Assembly: GCA_040285825.1 (NCBI GenBank)
Contig: JAUPSS010000010.1
Span: 496,001 to 560,000, forward strand
DNA length: 64,000 nucleotides
Direction: 5' to 3'
Source: Eukaryota sp. TZLM1-RC
Taxonomy: Eukaryota; Protista; Metamonada: BaSk clade
Part shown: piece after piece, positions 61,121 through 64,000 of the stretch
How positions within the stretch are numbered: the first letter of the stretch is position 1
How the letters are laid out: the number at the start of each line of letters is the position of its first letter
The notes under the pieces: model-generated
What the model was told of the DNA's origin: nothing
Databases searched by the model: none
The model's input: only the letters and a program-made list of their open reading frames with translations
Translations under genes and position numbers: made by a program

Positions 61121-61969
61121 ATGCGGCTCAAGCTCCATTCTAGGTGGATTTGTGTCACATCTGTCCTATCTATAGCGTATTTGCTTGTACTTCTGTTCTG
61201 TCTTGCTAACGACAGTCTTCCTCTTACGACTAAACGTACTCTTGATTTTGAGAAGAAACTTCCACCTTATGTTTGCCATGCATTGGGAAAGATTGGTCCC
61301 TTGACTGTTTCCAATACACTTGAAGGATTCCTTTTACACTATCACAATGGATGTCGTTTCTTTGAAGCCGATCTCCACCTTACATCAGATAACGAACTGG
61401 TCCTGTTTCACTGTAGCAGTTCAAAAAACACATCACACTTGAGTCAAGTGTTAGGCGTAGATCAAACTGGTACATACAAGCAGTTCATGTCTGCTCACAT
61501 GGCAGGACTTACTCAGTTAGATTTGAAAGGTTTGGTCAGTTTAATGGTTAAGTATCCCGATTGGTTACTCATAACTGATGTCAAGGCTCCGCTCTCAGTC
61601 ACTCTTCCCATGATTTGCAAGGAGTTGGAGAAGGCTGGTTTATCATGTACAAAGAGAGTTTTACCTCAATTGTACAACTTTGGTGATCTAGATGTAGCGA
61701 AAGCACTTGGTTTTAAACAAACAATTTTAACACTGTACAAGTTGACAGAACCTTCTGCTGAGGATATTCTAAATTTTGTTGAAAAAAACCCTGAAATAGT
61801 TGCAGTCACTTTCTTTCCAAATAGATACCCTCCACTTAAGGAAGGTCTTTCAAAACTTGGTATTAAGACATTTACTCATACAATAGATGATCCAAAAGAA
61901 GTGAAAAAGTACATGGAAGATGGTATTTATGGTGTATACACGAATGAATTGTGTTCAGTAAATAAGTGA
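61121..61969 (+). CDS. Membrane-anchored GDPD-like phosphodiesterase, copy 2
   Basis: ATG 61121; TM helix; HALG..SNTLEGF, FEADLHLTSD, ITDVK, THTIDD, GVYTN. Confidence 0.85.
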   Translation: MRLKLHSRWICVTSVLSIAYLLVLLFCLANDSLPLTTKRTLDFEKKLPPYVCHALGKIGPLTVSNTLEGFLLHYHNGCRFFEADLHLTSDNELVLFHCSSSKNTSHLSQVLGVDQTGTYKQFMSAHMAGLTQLDLKGLVSLMVKYPDWLLITDVKAPLSVTLPMICKELEKAGLSCTKRVLPQLYNFGDLDVAKALGFKQTILTLYKLTEPSAEDILNFVEKNPEIVAVTFFPNRYPPLKEGLSKLGIKTFTHTIDDPKEVKKYMEDGIYGVYTNELCSVNK

Positions 61970-62622
61970 TTTAAGTTTCAATCAAATGTGGTTGATTTTT
62001 CCATTCACATTTGCTTTGTCAATTCGCAAATTCTATCACACTGTAGGTGCCTCAAAGTACTCCAGTCCTCCAGAAGTGCTTTAGAGAGTATGTATCAAAG
62101 ACTAAAATAAATCAATTTTACCTTTACTTTCACTATTACTGTTAGTACTAAATTTATTTTGATGAGAGATGAAGCTCAAATCATTTGTCATGATATGCAC
62201 TGAGCACAAAGTTAACCTAAAAAGCATGTTCTTTGTTTTCATTCAATTTAATAATTTTTTAACAAAGTGGACAATCTTAGTGGCAGTGGAATAGATTTGT
62301 CACAATTTGTTATGAATTTCATTTTTATAAATGGCTTCAAATAACCTTTCATTTATTATGAAATCAGCAGTAATGCCTCAGGTAGAGCACTGATTTTGTT
62401 TCATGTAGACTCTTTGTATTATCCTGATAACGATAGTGCCAACTTTTTGTCTGAATGTTTATTGGTTGATAAAGTGAGGTTCTGATGTACTGTTTTTGTC
62501 CAACCTCACTATGAGGGAGTTGCATTTTGATGTTTTGTTAAGATAAAGATTGTGAAGATTGTCAGCCTTGTATTTCCTTTACCCTTTTTCGTACTGATAT
62601 GTTTATTAATCTATAAATCTAT

Positions 62623-62697
62623 CTAAAATTCAATGTCCTCTATACACACATCACAATTACACATTCTACTTCCAGCATGTTCTTTATATTCTACAGT
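62623..62697 (-). pseudogene. 3' tip of another RLE LINE family
   Basis: EYKEHAGSRMCNCDVCIEDIEF-stop. Confidence 0.6.
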
Positions 62698-62893
62698 ATA
62701 ATTTGAATAATAATTTAATCTCTTTGTTATTTTTGTTTCATCAGCATTTGTCAGGTTCTAAAATGTTAATATAGCTTTGACGTGGTTATTTGTTATTAAT
62801 TAAAAACTTATTTGCCATTGAGTGATCGAAAAAAGTATCTATTCCATTTTCATACATCAATCCTGAAAATTTTTCATAAAGAAAAAATGATTG

Positions 62894-63885
62894 AGCTTAG
62901 TGTTTTGCTCTCCTTACCACTGACTTTTGCAAAATTGCAGAAAAAAATCTTGAAAGTTTTAGAAAACTTGGATTATATGGTACGTCTTAGCTTGGCTAAA
63001 GAAAAAAATCCCGTTTTTGCAAACTTTTTGATTGATCTTGAAGACAGTTGCTCAAGTTGCCTAATCTCGCAAATTCCCAACATTTATGGCCTTCTACTGA
63101 ATGATCACCAATGGACCACTGCAATGAGAATGAGATGTTTTCTATGGCCTTGTTCTTTACCAAATGATTTAATTTGTCGCTGCAAGAGTGTTGTTACGCT
63201 TTCCCATATTTTAAACTGTAAGTATTTTATAACTTATCGCTCAATTGTTCATGACTCAGTTCGTGATCAATTATATGCCATGTGCAAAAGTTTCAATATA
63301 GAGGCATTTATTGAGCCATTAGTACGTAAGCTGTCTTCAGATCAAACTGATGATTCCTTTGGTAAAAGAAGGGCAGATCTAGTAGCTCCAGGGATCGATG
63401 GTGTTCTCAATGTTGTAGATGTTGTCTCAGTTGATGTTTGCAAAAATTCTGCTGCTCGTTTAGTGTATTCCGCTGATTCGCCGTTATCTAACGCCGAAAA
63501 AAAGAAGATAAAAAAATATGAAGAACCTTTGGCACAGTTAGGTAGAGTGGAACATGTGAAAAATCAGTTTGTGCCGTTTGCAATTTCTCTTTTTGGCAAT
63601 ATTGGACCTTCAGGGTTGCACTTTTTTGAAAATTTCAAAAAAGTGTTACTAAATAGGTCTAGTAAAACAATGAATTCCACTTTCTGGTTAAATAGAATTG
63701 TTTTTTGCATTTTCAAGTCTATTCCAACAATGATATCAAAGGCACTTTTAGCTATTGGTGTAGAATATGAACGTAATGCTGTGAGTAGGTTTAGTAATAG
63801 TGACGCTTGTTTGGAGGATATTGAATTCTAGATAGATTTTTTTTCTATCTCAATAAATATTCCAGTTAAAAAAAAGCTTAGTGTT
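62894..63885 (+). mobile_element. 5'-truncated family E with 11-bp TSD
   Basis: AGCTTAGTGTT at 62894-62904 and 63875-63885; open RLE frame ending ACLEDIEF-stop; AATAAA and A8. Confidence 0.92.
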
Positions 63886-64000
63886 GTTGTTGAAAAAAGC
63901 TCTTGGTTTTTAATTATCCTGACCTATTCTGATACATTAACTATACAACAGACTTAAAATTGGAAACCTTTCTATATTGCCTGAAGGCATATCTGCTGTA

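Noticed and set aside
1-64000. Alternative genetic code, tRNA or rRNA genes
   Set aside because: Host genes end at expected positions with TAA, TAG and TGA and frame breaks are explained by introns; no tRNA or rRNA recognised by eye (no scan was run).

Overview
AT-rich eukaryotic (probably protist) DNA read in the standard code. The host genes are compact: importin-9-like (missed by the ORF track), two GDPD paralogs, CDC20, BRX1, TRAPPC2, a metallophosphoesterase, an AAAP/SLC38 amino-acid transporter and PCID2-like. Four ultra-short introns (28-31 nt) and two candidate box C/D snoRNAs are also present. More than half of the window is retroelement DNA. At least 7 families of single-ORF non-LTR retrotransposons carry RT plus a C-terminal restriction-like endonuclease (CRE-like; my labels A-G). 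They make roughly 11-bp target-site duplications at unrelated sites, mostly end in a conserved E-D-[IV]-[ED]-F tail, and in 33.7-61.1 kb are stacked in almost strictly alternating orientation, including a 6-unit tandem array. A young Ty3/gypsy element with a chromodomain-like tail (171-bp LTRs, 40224-47555) sits inside one of them and carries about 570 aa of unrecognised sequence between RNase H and integrase. A 4.7-kb block containing a GDPD gene splits one LINE copy exactly. Family labels and alignments were made by eye, fragment boundaries are approximate, and no database searches were run.
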